DNA of 64,000 nucleotides from an uncultured Pelagibacteraceae bacterium. Its GTDB lineage: Bacteria > Pseudomonadota > Alphaproteobacteria > Pelagibacterales > AG-422-B15. Shown here one piece after another: positions 10,710 through 20,529 of this stretch; the first letter of the stretch is position 1, and every line of letters begins with the position of its first letter. Position numbers and translations under genes: made by a program. The notes beneath the pieces were generated by a model. It worked only from the letters and a program-made list of their open reading frames with translations, did no database searches and was not told the DNA's origin. The stretch is from assembly GCA_902614655.1 (NCBI GenBank), contig CACMLX010000001.1:69127-133126 (forward strand). Direction: 5' to 3'.

Positions 10710-11382
10710 TGTGTATATCTTCAAAAATAATATTATCTGCAAACTTCTTTGACAAATTATACTTTTCCTTACTATTAATTGTCCAAGTTAATAGTGGAAT
10801 ATTGTTCTTCCTTAAACTTTGAATATTTCTGATACTTATTTTTTCTACATCAACCGCTAAAAAATTAATTCCGAGATGAGAAATCTCTTTAAAATCGATG
10901 TTATCATTACTAGTTATTAGGCCTGTTTTATAAAATGGAGCATTGATTTTAAACCATTCACACATTTTATAATCAAATGACTGCAAAGCAATTTCCCCAT
11001 TATAAGCTCGAATTATTTCGATTAATCTTTCTTCAATTTCAGGATTAAAACCAGATTTTATTTCAATTAATATTGGTGTTTGGCCATCTACTAAATGCAG
11101 CATCTCATCAAGTGATGGTATTTTACAATCTGTGTCTAAAAGCTTTAGTTTTCTTATTTCGTTTTTACTTAGATCATTAATTTTAGAATTTATTCCACAC
11201 ATCCTTTTTAAATCGTAATCATGAAATACTATAATTTCTTTATCCTTAGATAAGACAATATCACATTCTATTGCGAGGTTGTGTTTAATTGCATTTTCAA
11301 ATGCTTCCAAAGAATTTTCAATGATTAATTTTTTATCATGAAGCCCTCTATGGGCAATCGGACGATCAAGAAAAGGACTCAT
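10696..11382 (-). CDS. glycerophosphodiester phosphodiesterase family protein
   Basis: GDPD motifs AHRGL, ENSLEAFENA and ECDI....D..VFHD; 228 aa. Confidence 0.85.
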   Translation of the reverse strand: MSPFLDRPIAHRGLHDKKLIIENSLEAFENAIKHNLAIECDIVLSKDKEIIVFHDYDLKRMCGINSKINDLSKNEIRKLKLLDTDCKIPSLDEMLHLVDGQTPILIEIKSGFNPEIEERLIEIIRAYNGEIALQSFDYKMCEWFKINAPFYKTGLITSNDNIDFKEISHLGINFLAVDVEKISIRNIQSLRKNNIPLLTWTINSKEKYNLSKKFADNIIFEDIHNEIS

Positions 11383-11846
11383 TATTTCAGAATTTCAAAT
11401 ATTGATGCAACTTCAACACTAGCATTTTTTGGAAGAGAGTTTGCTCCCACAGCAATTCTTGAATGCTTTCCTTTCTCTCCCATAATATCACAAACAACAT
11501 CTGACGCACCATTGATGACTAGAGGATGGTCAGAAAATGAATAATCAGCATTTACGTAACCAGCAACATGAATACAATTAAAATCACTAAGTTCACATGA
11601 AGGGTTCAGTTGATCTAATATAGACAAAGTATTGAGCATACATATGCGTGATCCATATGATGCCTCCTTGATGTCAGTTTCTGATGGAACTTTACCAGTT
11701 ACGATTTTTTCATCAATTATAGGAAGTTGCCCCGATACATAAACTAAGTTACCTATTTTTTTAAAAGGCAAATAATTCCCAAGAGTTACAAGCTTAAATT
11801 GCTTATAATCTTTTTCTACTTCGAGTATTTTATCCGCTAACTTCAT
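11382..11846 (-). CDS. RidA/YjgF/UK114-family (endoribonuclease L-PSP-like) protein
   Basis: About 154 aa from the ATG at 11846. YjgF-like fold pattern (VYVSGQLP..., C-terminal RIAVGANSLP..ASVEV). The longer ORF start would overlap the upstream gene by about 100 nt. Confidence 0.7.
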   Translation of the reverse strand: MKLADKILEVEKDYKQFKLVTLGNYLPFKKIGNLVYVSGQLPIIDEKIVTGKVPSETDIKEASYGSRICMLNTLSILDQLNPSCELSDFNCIHVAGYVNADYSFSDHPLVINGASDVVCDIMGEKGKHSRIAVGANSLPKNASVEVASIFEILK

Positions 11847-12495
11847 TAATAAGAAAATTATATATATCTTTCCAACTATATGCACGAAAATCTGCCTCTT
11901 TAGGCGAAACCGCAAGTTTAGATAATCGTTCATCCGATATGTAATGAATAGTTTTAGTTTTCGATACTTCTTCTTTTACGGAGGATATATGGGGAGCTAA
12001 ATCATCTATAAAAAAAACTTTTTCATTAAAGTCTCTAATTAATTCTTTAACTACCAACCCTTTTGGTCCATTTCCAGCAATTATTTGAAGATTAAGACCA
12101 TTCTTTTGAAAACAATACTTTCTATCATCTAAATATTTGAATGGAATATTAGTCAGCACTAAAATTTGAAAATTAGAGTCCAGAAGTTTATTGATAAAGT
12201 GTATTGATCCTTCAACAAAAGTTATATCTTTTGATTCAGTTCGAAAAAAATCGTCTAAATATTCAAGTATAACTTCATTAGATAGAACTTCATCAGTCCC
12301 TTTTTGTTTTATATTTCCGAAAAGAGCGTATGAAGTTAGGTCATACCAAAATCCTTTTTTTTCTAAATAAATTTCAAAGCATTTTATAAAATTTAATAAG
12401 ACTTCGTCAGCATCAGTTATAAGCAGTGGTTGATTCTTTAATATAGTAGCTTTGCTTATTTGCTTTTGAAGGCCATCAGATAGCTTATGTGACAC
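11830..12495 (-). CDS. HAD-superfamily hydrolase-like protein
   Basis: Motif I-like LITDADEVL (DxDxV), LVLTN, a later conserved K, and FIDD acidic motif. Substrate unknown. Confidence 0.5.
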   Translation of the reverse strand: MSHKLSDGLQKQISKATILKNQPLLITDADEVLLNFIKCFEIYLEKKGFWYDLTSYALFGNIKQKGTDEVLSNEVILEYLDDFFRTESKDITFVEGSIHFINKLLDSNFQILVLTNIPFKYLDDRKYCFQKNGLNLQIIAGNGPKGLVVKELIRDFNEKVFFIDDLAPHISSVKEEVSKTKTIHYISDERLSKLAVSPKEADFRAYSWKDIYNFLINEVSG

Positions 12496-12498
12496 TAA

Positions 12499-13989
12499 TT
12501 ACTTAACTTCTATCAATGTTAGTTTTGTTTGAGTATATTGGCCAAGAGCTTCCAGAGATTTATCTCTTCCAGAGCCTGACTGCTTGTATCCACCGTGAGG
12601 TAAAGACATATCTCCATCGCTCAAACTATTTATCAGAACTTTTCCACTTTTAATTCTTTTTGCAAGCTTATGTACTTTATTTAAATCATTAGACCATATC
12701 ATTGCATTAAGTCCATAATGAGTATCATTTGCTATTTGAAGAGCTTCATCTTCATTTTCAAAATCTATAGCACATAATACTGGTCCGAAAATTTCCTCTT
12801 TAGCAACTGTCATTGAATTTTGAACATCTTTAAAGACCGTAGGACTGACATAGTAGCCACCTGAGTCTTGAAGCACCTGATCACCACCAGTTATAATATT
12901 CGCACCTTCAGATTTGCCTTTATCTATATAATTCATGATTCTTTCAGTTTGGGTTTTATCGACTATCGAGCCCATTAAAGTGTTTGGATCAAATGGGTTA
13001 CCTGGCATCCAAGGTTGAGAGTAGCTTACAACCTTTTCTAAAAATTCGTCTTTTATCGATTTTTGAAGAAGCAACCTTGAGGGCGCATCACATACCTGAC
13101 CACTGTTTCCAAACATACCATCAGCTGCCATTTTTGCGGCGTGATCTAAGTCAGGTGCGTCTGCAAATATTATGTTTGGAGACTTTCCTCCACACTCCAG
13201 TGAAACCCTCTTCATATTGGACTCACCTGCGTAAGATAAAAAATATCTGCCAACTTCAGTAGATCCAGTAAATCCAAGTTTATCAACATCCATGTGAGTT
13301 CCTAATGCTTTTCCTGCAGTAGGACCATAACCTGGCACTACATTGAAGACTCCTTCTGGAATACCAGCCTCCATTGCTAGTTCGGCAACTCTTAATGCAG
13401 ATAAAGGTGATTGTTCTGCGGGCTTTAAAATAAAACTATTTCCAGTTGCTAACGCAGGTGCAAATTTCCAACAAGCCATTAACAAAGGAAAATTCCAAGG
13501 AGTTACTGCTCCAACTACACCCAGAGGTTCTTTTGTGATAGTGGCAATCAAATTATCACTTGTTGGAGCTACATCATCATAAAGTTTATCAATTGCCTCA
13601 GCATACCATTTTGTGCAATTAATACATGCTGCTATATCGCCTGTCGCCCTAGTTATAGGTTTACCCATGTTTAAAGTTTCTAGCAATCCGAGCTCTAGAA
13701 TATTTTTTTTCATTAAGTCAGCAAAATTAAATAGAATTTTTTTTCTTTTTGAAGGAGCCATTCTAGACCATGACCCTTTTTCAAATACATCGCGAGCAGC
13801 TTTGACGGCTATGTTTATATCTTCAACGTCACATTCTGAAACGCTAGTTATTATTGATCCATCAACAGGACTAATGCTCTCAAACGTTTTACCAGTTACT
13901 GAATTTATATAGTTTCCATTAATAAAAGCCTGGTTTTTAAAATCCAGAGATGATTTCTTTTCCATCACATCATTTAGAGCGAGAGCCAT
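12499..13989 (-). CDS. NAD(P)-dependent aldehyde dehydrogenase
   Basis: ALDH motifs LECGGKSP (catalytic Glu) and GQVCDAPSR (catalytic Cys), plus FTGST; 496 aa. It resembles the aminobutyraldehyde / gamma-glutamyl-aminobutyraldehyde type, but the substrate cannot be assigned. Confidence 0.85.
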   Translation of the reverse strand: MALALNDVMEKKSSLDFKNQAFINGNYINSVTGKTFESISPVDGSIITSVSECDVEDINIAVKAARDVFEKGSWSRMAPSKRKKILFNFADLMKKNILELGLLETLNMGKPITRATGDIAACINCTKWYAEAIDKLYDDVAPTSDNLIATITKEPLGVVGAVTPWNFPLLMACWKFAPALATGNSFILKPAEQSPLSALRVAELAMEAGIPEGVFNVVPGYGPTAGKALGTHMDVDKLGFTGSTEVGRYFLSYAGESNMKRVSLECGGKSPNIIFADAPDLDHAAKMAADGMFGNSGQVCDAPSRLLLQKSIKDEFLEKVVSYSQPWMPGNPFDPNTLMGSIVDKTQTERIMNYIDKGKSEGANIITGGDQVLQDSGGYYVSPTVFKDVQNSMTVAKEEIFGPVLCAIDFENEDEALQIANDTHYGLNAMIWSNDLNKVHKLAKRIKSGKVLINSLSDGDMSLPHGGYKQSGSGRDKSLEALGQYTQTKLTLIEVK

Positions 13990-14051
13990 AGTTAACCTTT
14001 CAATTTGTTAATAATTTAATTTTTGTAAAGATTATAAAGATACAGGTTTTT

Positions 14052-16622
14052 TTATTTTTTAGAAGATTTTTTCTTTTTCTTACCTGTTTTTTCCAGTTTT
14101 TTTTCAATCAAATCAATAGCTTCTTCTATTAGAATTTCCTCTGGGTCAATATTATCGGGAATTGTGGCATTAGTACTTTTATATTTAATATAGGGCCCAA
14201 ACTTCCCTTTCATCACTTTGATTGGTTTTTTATCATCGGGATGCTCTCCTAAAGTTTTGATTTCAGAAGAACTTTTAATTCTACCAGGTTTTGCATTAGC
14301 AAGCAGAGAAACTGCTCTGTTAATACCAATATCAAAAATTTCAGAATTGTCTTCAAGGCTAGCATTTTTATCACCACAATTAATGTAACCACCATAGCGG
14401 CCATAATTCACAGTAATAATTTCACCTGTTTCAGGATGACCACCTATCTCTCTTGGCAAACTTAATAAATACTGAGCTTTATCTAAATCAATTGAAGAGG
14501 GGGAAATTCCTTTGGGTACTGAGGCTCTCTTTGGTTTTTCTTTTTCAACTGCATCACCTAGCTGAACGTATGGCCCAAATCTTCCATTCAATAATTTAAT
14601 ATCCTGTTCTGACTCAGCATCTTTTCCAAGAATTGTATCTTCAAAAGCTTCTTTAATTTTTTTATGAGAGATAGGTCTAGTAAACTTACAATCGGGATAG
14701 TTGGAACAGCCTACAAACGCTCCAAATCGACTTACTTTAAGACTCAGTTCACCTTCACAGTTTTCAGAAGGACAACTTCTTGATATTGCCTTTTCTCCGT
14801 TACTTTCTTCTTTTTGCTCAAATATATGTGACTTAAGAATTTCGTTTAAATTATCTAATATATTAGTAATTCTCAAATCAGTAACATCACCTACATTTGT
14901 AGAAAAATTTTTCCAAAAATTTTCTAAGAATTCAGTCCATTTTATTTTTCCAGAAGTAATTTCATCAAGCGATTCTTCCATGCCAGCAGTAAACTCATAA
15001 TCAATGTACTTTGAGAAAAATCCCTTTAGAAACGCTGTTATCAATATTGCTCTATCAACAGGTACAAACCTATTTTTATCAAGTTCAACATAATTTCTTG
15101 TTTTTAGAACAGATATTATACTTGCGTAAGTTGAGGGTCTTCCTATACCCAATTCTTCTAATTTTTTTACTAAACTTGCCTCAGAGTATCTAGGGGGTGG
15201 AAGAGTAAAATGCTGTGTTTCTGTTGGTGAAACTGACTTTATCTTCATTCCTTTAGAAATAGCCGGTAATGTAACCTCATCTTCATCTTCCTCGTTTTCA
15301 TCTTTTTTAATTTGTTCATCACTTTTTGCTTTAAACTCACTATAAATATTCAAAAATCCATCAAATTTTACCACAGAACCGTTTGCTCTCAGTTTTAATT
15401 CATTTTTTTCAGAGCGGATATCAATAGCTGTTCTTTCAAAGACAGCAGAACTCATCTGACTTGCAAGCGCCCTTTTCCATATCAACGAGTATAATTTTAA
15501 GCTATCTATATCTAAATATTTTGAAACCTGATCAGGTGTTAATTCAATATCAGTAGGTCGAATTCCCTCGTGAGCTTCCTGAGCGTTTTTAGCTTTTTTT
15601 GATTTATAAGTTCTTACTTCATTAGGGCAATACCCATTCTCAAAATTTTTTTTCAAATAGTTTCTATACGTTTCAATGGCTTCTTTAGATATATCAGTAC
15701 TATCAGTACGCATGTAAGTTATTAAACCAACTGTTTCACCATTAATTTCAATACCTTGAAATAATTTTTGTGCAATTTGCATTGTTCGAGAGGCGCCAAA
15801 ACCATAAATACTTGATGCGGTTTGTTGAAGTGTTGAGGTAGAAAAAGGTGGTTCCGGATTCCTCGATGCTGGTTTTTTTGTAATATCTATTATTTCAAAT
15901 TTATTATCCGAGAATAAATTTACAATTTTTTTTGCATCATCTTCGGACTTAAAGCTAAATTTTTCTACTTTTTTGCCTTCTACAGAAAGTAAATTTGCTT
16001 CTATATTAAAACCATCCTCAAATTTTATATTACCTTTAATTTTCCAATACTCCTCAGGCTCGAAAGACTCAATGGCAAGTTCACGTTCACATATCAATCT
16101 TAAGGCAACTGATTGAACTCTTCCTGCTGATTTAGCTCCCGGTAACTTTCTCCATAATACTGGTGACAAATTAAAGCCAAATAGATAATCCAGTGCTCTT
16201 CGAGCTAAATAGGCGTCTACAAGATCAGTATCAATATCTCTTGGATTGGCAATTCCATTTTTTACTGCATTTTTTGTGATCTCACTAAAGACCACTCTCT
16301 TGACAGTTTTATCTTTTAGTAATTTTTTCTTATTTAATAGCTCAACAATATGCCATGCAATTGCTTCACCTTCTCTATCTGGGTCAGTTGCAAGATAAAG
16401 AGTAGATGCATCAGCGCTGGCATCATAAATTTCTTTCATATGTTTCTTTGAAGTTGAAGAAACTTCCCATTCAAAAGCAAAATTATTTTCTGGATCTACC
16501 GAGCCATTTTTAGATGGTAAATCACGAACATGACCAAAGCTTGCAAGTACATTGAACTCACTTCCTAAGTATTTATTTATTGTTTTAGCCTTAGCTGGGC
16601 TTTCTACTATTACTAAATTCAT
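14052..16622 (-). CDS. topA: DNA topoisomerase I
   Basis: Toprim N-terminus MNLVIVESPAKAKTI, DPDREGEAIAWH, active-site region ITYMRTDS, C-terminal Cys4 zinc-ribbon (CPSENCEG...CSNYPDC) and a lysine-rich tail. Confidence 0.96.
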   Translation of the reverse strand: MNLVIVESPAKAKTINKYLGSEFNVLASFGHVRDLPSKNGSVDPENNFAFEWEVSSTSKKHMKEIYDASADASTLYLATDPDREGEAIAWHIVELLNKKKLLKDKTVKRVVFSEITKNAVKNGIANPRDIDTDLVDAYLARRALDYLFGFNLSPVLWRKLPGAKSAGRVQSVALRLICERELAIESFEPEEYWKIKGNIKFEDGFNIEANLLSVEGKKVEKFSFKSEDDAKKIVNLFSDNKFEIIDITKKPASRNPEPPFSTSTLQQTASSIYGFGASRTMQIAQKLFQGIEINGETVGLITYMRTDSTDISKEAIETYRNYLKKNFENGYCPNEVRTYKSKKAKNAQEAHEGIRPTDIELTPDQVSKYLDIDSLKLYSLIWKRALASQMSSAVFERTAIDIRSEKNELKLRANGSVVKFDGFLNIYSEFKAKSDEQIKKDENEEDEDEVTLPAISKGMKIKSVSPTETQHFTLPPPRYSEASLVKKLEELGIGRPSTYASIISVLKTRNYVELDKNRFVPVDRAILITAFLKGFFSKYIDYEFTAGMEESLDEITSGKIKWTEFLENFWKNFSTNVGDVTDLRITNILDNLNEILKSHIFEQKEESNGEKAISRSCPSENCEGELSLKVSRFGAFVGCSNYPDCKFTRPISHKKIKEAFEDTILGKDAESEQDIKLLNGRFGPYVQLGDAVEKEKPKRASVPKGISPSSIDLDKAQYLLSLPREIGGHPETGEIITVNYGRYGGYINCGDKNASLEDNSEIFDIGINRAVSLLANAKPGRIKSSSEIKTLGEHPDDKKPIKVMKGKFGPYIKYKSTNATIPDNIDPEEILIEEAIDLIEKKLEKTGKKKKKSSKK

Positions 16623-16646
16623 ATCCTTATAAACGCGCTCTTTAAT

Positions 16647-16685
16647 ATATTTTTGTGAGCTTTGTCAAATTTTCACAAAAAATAT
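16647..16685. repeat. inverted repeat in the plsY-topA spacer, enclosing a TTGACA on the topA strand
   Basis: tttttgtga (16650-16658) and tcacaaaaa (16673-16681) form a perfect 9-bp inverted repeat with a 14-nt spacer. Flanking ata/tat extends it with a 1-nt bulge. The spacer reads TTGACA on the minus strand (plus-strand tgtcaa, 16663-16668). Confidence 0.6.
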
Positions 16686-16709
16686 TTTATAATTGGCAGA
16701 ATATAAGGC

Positions 16710-17291
16710 TTAATACAATTTCTTTTCTTCACTCTTTAATAAGCGATTTATATTTTCATGATGAGAAAAGATCATAATTAGATTTATAATTAAACACATA
16801 AAAGAAACATTGAAATCAAAATAAAATAATGAAATTAACGAAATTAAATTTGCGGAAAGCAAACTTGCTAATGACGAATATCTATAAATTAAAAATATTA
16901 TAATCCAACTTACTCCAAGAGCTAAAAATAAATAAAAGTTAACTGCAAATATAATTCCCATAAAAGAAGCATATCCTTTACCTCCTTTTAAATCATCAAG
17001 CCATATAGGAAATATATGACCAAATAGAATAAAAGTTCCAGATATAAAAAGTAAATTTTCATTTATTGCCAGAGTAAGGGTTATTGGTATTAACGCTTTA
17101 AAAAAATCAACTAATAGTGTAATTCCTGCAGCTGAAAAGTTTCCTGTTCTTAATACGTTCGTAGCCCCAATATTTCCTGAGCCAATACTTTTAAGCTTCC
17201 CTAAATTGAATAACCTTGATACCAAAATACCAGTTGGGATTGATCCTAGAAGGTAGGAAAAGTAAATTATTATAATTATCTCGAATATCAT
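16710..17291 (-). CDS. plsY: glycerol-3-phosphate acyltransferase PlsY
   Basis: Polytopic membrane protein with the GSGNIGATN motif. The ATG at 17291 forms an ATGA overlap with the pyrB stop; the ORF-track start at 17312 is an alternative. Confidence 0.9.
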   Translation of the reverse strand: MIFEIIIIIYFSYLLGSIPTGILVSRLFNLGKLKSIGSGNIGATNVLRTGNFSAAGITLLVDFFKALIPITLTLAINENLLFISGTFILFGHIFPIWLDDLKGGKGYASFMGIIFAVNFYLFLALGVSWIIIFLIYRYSSLASLLSANLISLISLFYFDFNVSFMCLIINLIMIFSHHENINRLLKSEEKKLY

Positions 17292-18226
17292 TTTACCATA
17301 ATTGACAAACAAGCCATCCGAACAGCTACTCCATTTTCAACCTGTTCAGTTATCACTGATTTGTTTACATCATCAGCCAGTTCATTCTCTATTTCTATAC
17401 CTCGATTTATCGGACCAGGGTGAAGCACTAGTACTTCAGGCTTTGCTAATTTTAACTTTTCATAAGTAAGTCCAAAACTTCTAAAATAATCGTCTGCTGA
17501 TGGAAGATTTAAATCTTTTATTCTTTCATTTTGGATTCTAAGCATCATCACTATATCAGCATCTTTTATTCCTTCTTCTAAATTTGTGAACGTCTCAACA
17601 TCATATTTATCTAAATCTTTTGGTTTAAAATAATCAGGAAATACGAATCTAACTTTTGATTTCATTTTATTTAGAAGATAGTAGTTTGACCTTGCTACTC
17701 GACTATGTTCAAGATCACCACATATTGAAACTGTGATATCATTAAGCTTTCGATTATGATTCATGATTGTATAAGCATCAAGCAATGCTTGTGTGGGGTG
17801 TTCATTAACACCTTCTCCAGCATTTATAACAGGACATTCTAATATTTTAGCAATTTCTTTTGAGGCATCATTTTCACCATGTCTTATAATTACAAGATCA
17901 GGGTTCATTGCTCCTAAAGTTTGAGCGGTATCAAATAAACTTTCACCTTTTCTTAATGAAGATCCTTCAATATTCATATTAATTACATCAGCACCTAATC
18001 TTTTAGCAGCTATTTCAAAAGAGATTAGTGTTCTTGTAGAGGGTTCAAAAAAAAGATTTATAATTGTTCTACCTTTTAAGATCGGTATTTTTTTATCCTT
18101 TTCCTTGTTGTGCTCTTTGAAAATTTTACTGAGTTCTAAAATATTATTTATGTCCTCAATGCTGAGATTTTTTATGCCATGCAGATGGGTTTGAGAGATT
18201 TTAGGGATTTTAATGTTTTCAAGCAT
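17288..18226 (-). CDS. pyrB: aspartate carbamoyltransferase catalytic subunit
   Basis: FFEPSTRT, HPTQALLD and HPGP motifs; 312 aa. Confidence 0.95.
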   Translation of the reverse strand: MLENIKIPKISQTHLHGIKNLSIEDINNILELSKIFKEHNKEKDKKIPILKGRTIINLFFEPSTRTLISFEIAAKRLGADVINMNIEGSSLRKGESLFDTAQTLGAMNPDLVIIRHGENDASKEIAKILECPVINAGEGVNEHPTQALLDAYTIMNHNRKLNDITVSICGDLEHSRVARSNYYLLNKMKSKVRFVFPDYFKPKDLDKYDVETFTNLEEGIKDADIVMMLRIQNERIKDLNLPSADDYFRSFGLTYEKLKLAKPEVLVLHPGPINRGIEIENELADDVNKSVITEQVENGVAVRMACLSIMVK

Positions 18227-18735
18227 TAATTTATTCTTTTAATATAATTTAATGCACCTTCCAAGATAAATGCTGAAGCGAGACTATCAATTTCTTTTCT
18301 TTCATTATGTGTTTTTTTTCTGCTTTCAGAATTATCTGTATATAACCTGTCCACAGCAACAGTAGAAAGTCTTTCATCCCAAAAAGAATAAGGAATATTC
18401 AAAGACAAATTTATAGCTCTTGATTTGTCACGGATTGATTGAGCACTTTTTCCCTCACTTCCATCCATATTTAATGGCAGTCCAATGATGAGGGCTTTAA
18501 CGTCGTGAAGTTTAACTAGCTCATTTAATTCTTTCAGAAAGTCTTTCATGTTTGAATATTTAATAGTTCTTAATGGTAGAGCCCCCGTCATATCCGATGT
18601 AGAAATTGCAACTCCAATTCTTTTACTGCCAATATCCAATCCTAGAATTTTATGATTACTTTCCACTAATGACTTAAATTCTGCAATATCTACTTCTTTT
18701 TTTGTTTCATTAGTCATTTTTTGACTGTATATCAT
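18226..18735 (-). CDS. ruvX: putative pre-16S rRNA nuclease / Holliday junction resolvase-like YqgF
   Basis: ILGLDIGSKRIGVA N-terminal RNase H-like motif and later DERLST. The true start may be the internal Met 6 codons downstream. Confidence 0.85.
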   Translation of the reverse strand: MIYSQKMTNETKKEVDIAEFKSLVESNHKILGLDIGSKRIGVAISTSDMTGALPLRTIKYSNMKDFLKELNELVKLHDVKALIIGLPLNMDGSEGKSAQSIRDKSRAINLSLNIPYSFWDERLSTVAVDRLYTDNSESRKKTHNERKEIDSLASAFILEGALNYIKRIN

Positions 18736-18766
18736 ACATTAATTTAAGTTAGTACCTCATATAAAT

Positions 18767-19054
18767 ATGGAATTTGATAAGAAAAGTCTTTTAAAGCTTG
18801 GAAAGTTAGCAAGAATTTCAATCAGTGACGATAAACTCAATAATCTTAGTAAGGATCTTAATTCAATCTTAGAATTTGTTGATCAATTAAAAGAAATTAA
18901 AACTGATCAAGTTGATCCGACATCTAATTCCCTTAATCAAAAATTAGAAGTTAGAGATGATAAAGTGGATACTAAGAATAGTGCTGAAGATATATTAGAA
19001 AATGCACCTGAAAAAGAAATGGACTTTTTTGTTGTTCCAAAAGTGATCGAATAA
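18767..19054 (+). CDS. gatC: Asp/Glu-tRNA(Asn/Gln) amidotransferase subunit C
   Basis: 95 aa with the GatC pattern (LA.L.I.....L...L..IL.FV.QL); directly precedes gatA and gatB. Confidence 0.9.
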   Translation: MEFDKKSLLKLGKLARISISDDKLNNLSKDLNSILEFVDQLKEIKTDQVDPTSNSLNQKLEVRDDKVDTKNSAEDILENAPEKEMDFFVVPKVIE

Positions 19055-20529
19055 TGAAAGATAGTTGTACATTAAAATCGCTGGCAGTTCTTTTGGAAAA
19101 TAATAAAATATCATCAAAAGAGTTAACTTCAGAGTATTTAAAAAATATTGAAAATGGTAAAGAGTTAAATTGCTATAATACTATATCACAAGAGAAAGCT
19201 CTTATTGATGCTGAAAAGTCTGACGAAAGAAGAAAAAGTCAAAATCTCAGAAGTAAGTACGACGGAATTCCAATTGGAATAAAAGATTTATTTTGTACGA
19301 AGGGTGTGACTACTACTGCATCAAGTAAAATTTTATCAAACTTTGTTCCAAATTATGAATCTACAGTCACTCAAAATTGTGATGATGCAGGCTTGATTAG
19401 TTTAGGCAAATTAAATTGTGATGAATTTGCAATGGGTTCAACTAATAAAACTAGTTTTTTTGGTTCGGTTAAGAATCCATGGAAATCTGTAAATTCTGAT
19501 AATGAGCTTGTTCCAGGAGGATCATCTGGAGGGTCAGCAGCAGCAGTTTCAAGTGATCTTTGTGTAGCCTCTCTTGGAACGGATACTGGAGGCTCAATTA
19601 GACAGCCAGCTTCTTTTACAGGTACTGTTGGTTTGAAACCTTCATATGGAAGAGTATCCAGATGGGGAATAGTTGCATTTGCGTCTTCATTAGATCAAGC
19701 GGGACCAATTACAAAAAACGTTGAAGACGCTGCAATCTTATTAGACATTATATCGGGTCATGATGAAAAGGACTCAACTTCTTCGGTTAATCCAAAAGAA
19801 AATTATTATGAAAATTTAAATTCAGACATAAGAGGGATGAAGATTGGAATACCAAAGGAATTTAGAAGTGACAAGCTTCCAGCTAGTACTCAAAAAAGCT
19901 GGGATGAGTGTGCAAATTTACTAAAAACTAATGGAGCAGAAATAGTAGATATTAGTTTACCTCATACAATGAGCGCTTTGCCCGCTTACTATATTATCGC
20001 ACCTGCAGAAGCTTCATCAAATTTAGCTCGCTATGATGGAGTAAGATATGGACTAAGAATCAAAGGAAATGATCTCATTGATATGTATGAAAAAACGAGA
20101 TCAGAGGGATTTGGTGATGAAGTAAAGAGAAGAATATTAATTGGCACATATGTGCTATCATCTGGATATTATGATGCTTATTATATTAAGGCACAAAAGA
20201 TTAGATCATTAATAAAAAGTGACTACGTTGAAGCCTTTAAAAAAGTTGATGCGATTCTCACTCCTTCAACACCTTCAACGGCTTTTGAAATTGCAAACGA
20301 GCCTTCTGATCCAGTGCAAAACTATCTAAATGACATTTTTACTGTTCCTGTAAATCTAGCGGGTTTACCAGGTATATCAATTCCCTTTGCAAATGACGAA
20401 AATAATTTGCCAATTGGCTTACAATTGATAACAAATTCATTTGAAGAACAAAAATTACTGAATGTTGCTAGAAATATAGAGGAAACTATTAACTATTCAG
20501 AAACACCAGAAAAATGGTGGCTCAAATGA
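19054..20529 (+). CDS. gatA: Asp/Glu-tRNA(Asn/Gln) amidotransferase subunit A
   Basis: Amidase signature GGSSGGSAAAV and KD motifs; 491 aa. Confidence 0.95.
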   Translation: MKDSCTLKSLAVLLENNKISSKELTSEYLKNIENGKELNCYNTISQEKALIDAEKSDERRKSQNLRSKYDGIPIGIKDLFCTKGVTTTASSKILSNFVPNYESTVTQNCDDAGLISLGKLNCDEFAMGSTNKTSFFGSVKNPWKSVNSDNELVPGGSSGGSAAAVSSDLCVASLGTDTGGSIRQPASFTGTVGLKPSYGRVSRWGIVAFASSLDQAGPITKNVEDAAILLDIISGHDEKDSTSSVNPKENYYENLNSDIRGMKIGIPKEFRSDKLPASTQKSWDECANLLKTNGAEIVDISLPHTMSALPAYYIIAPAEASSNLARYDGVRYGLRIKGNDLIDMYEKTRSEGFGDEVKRRILIGTYVLSSGYYDAYYIKAQKIRSLIKSDYVEAFKKVDAILTPSTPSTAFEIANEPSDPVQNYLNDIFTVPVNLAGLPGISIPFANDENNLPIGLQLITNSFEEQKLLNVARNIEETINYSETPEKWWLK

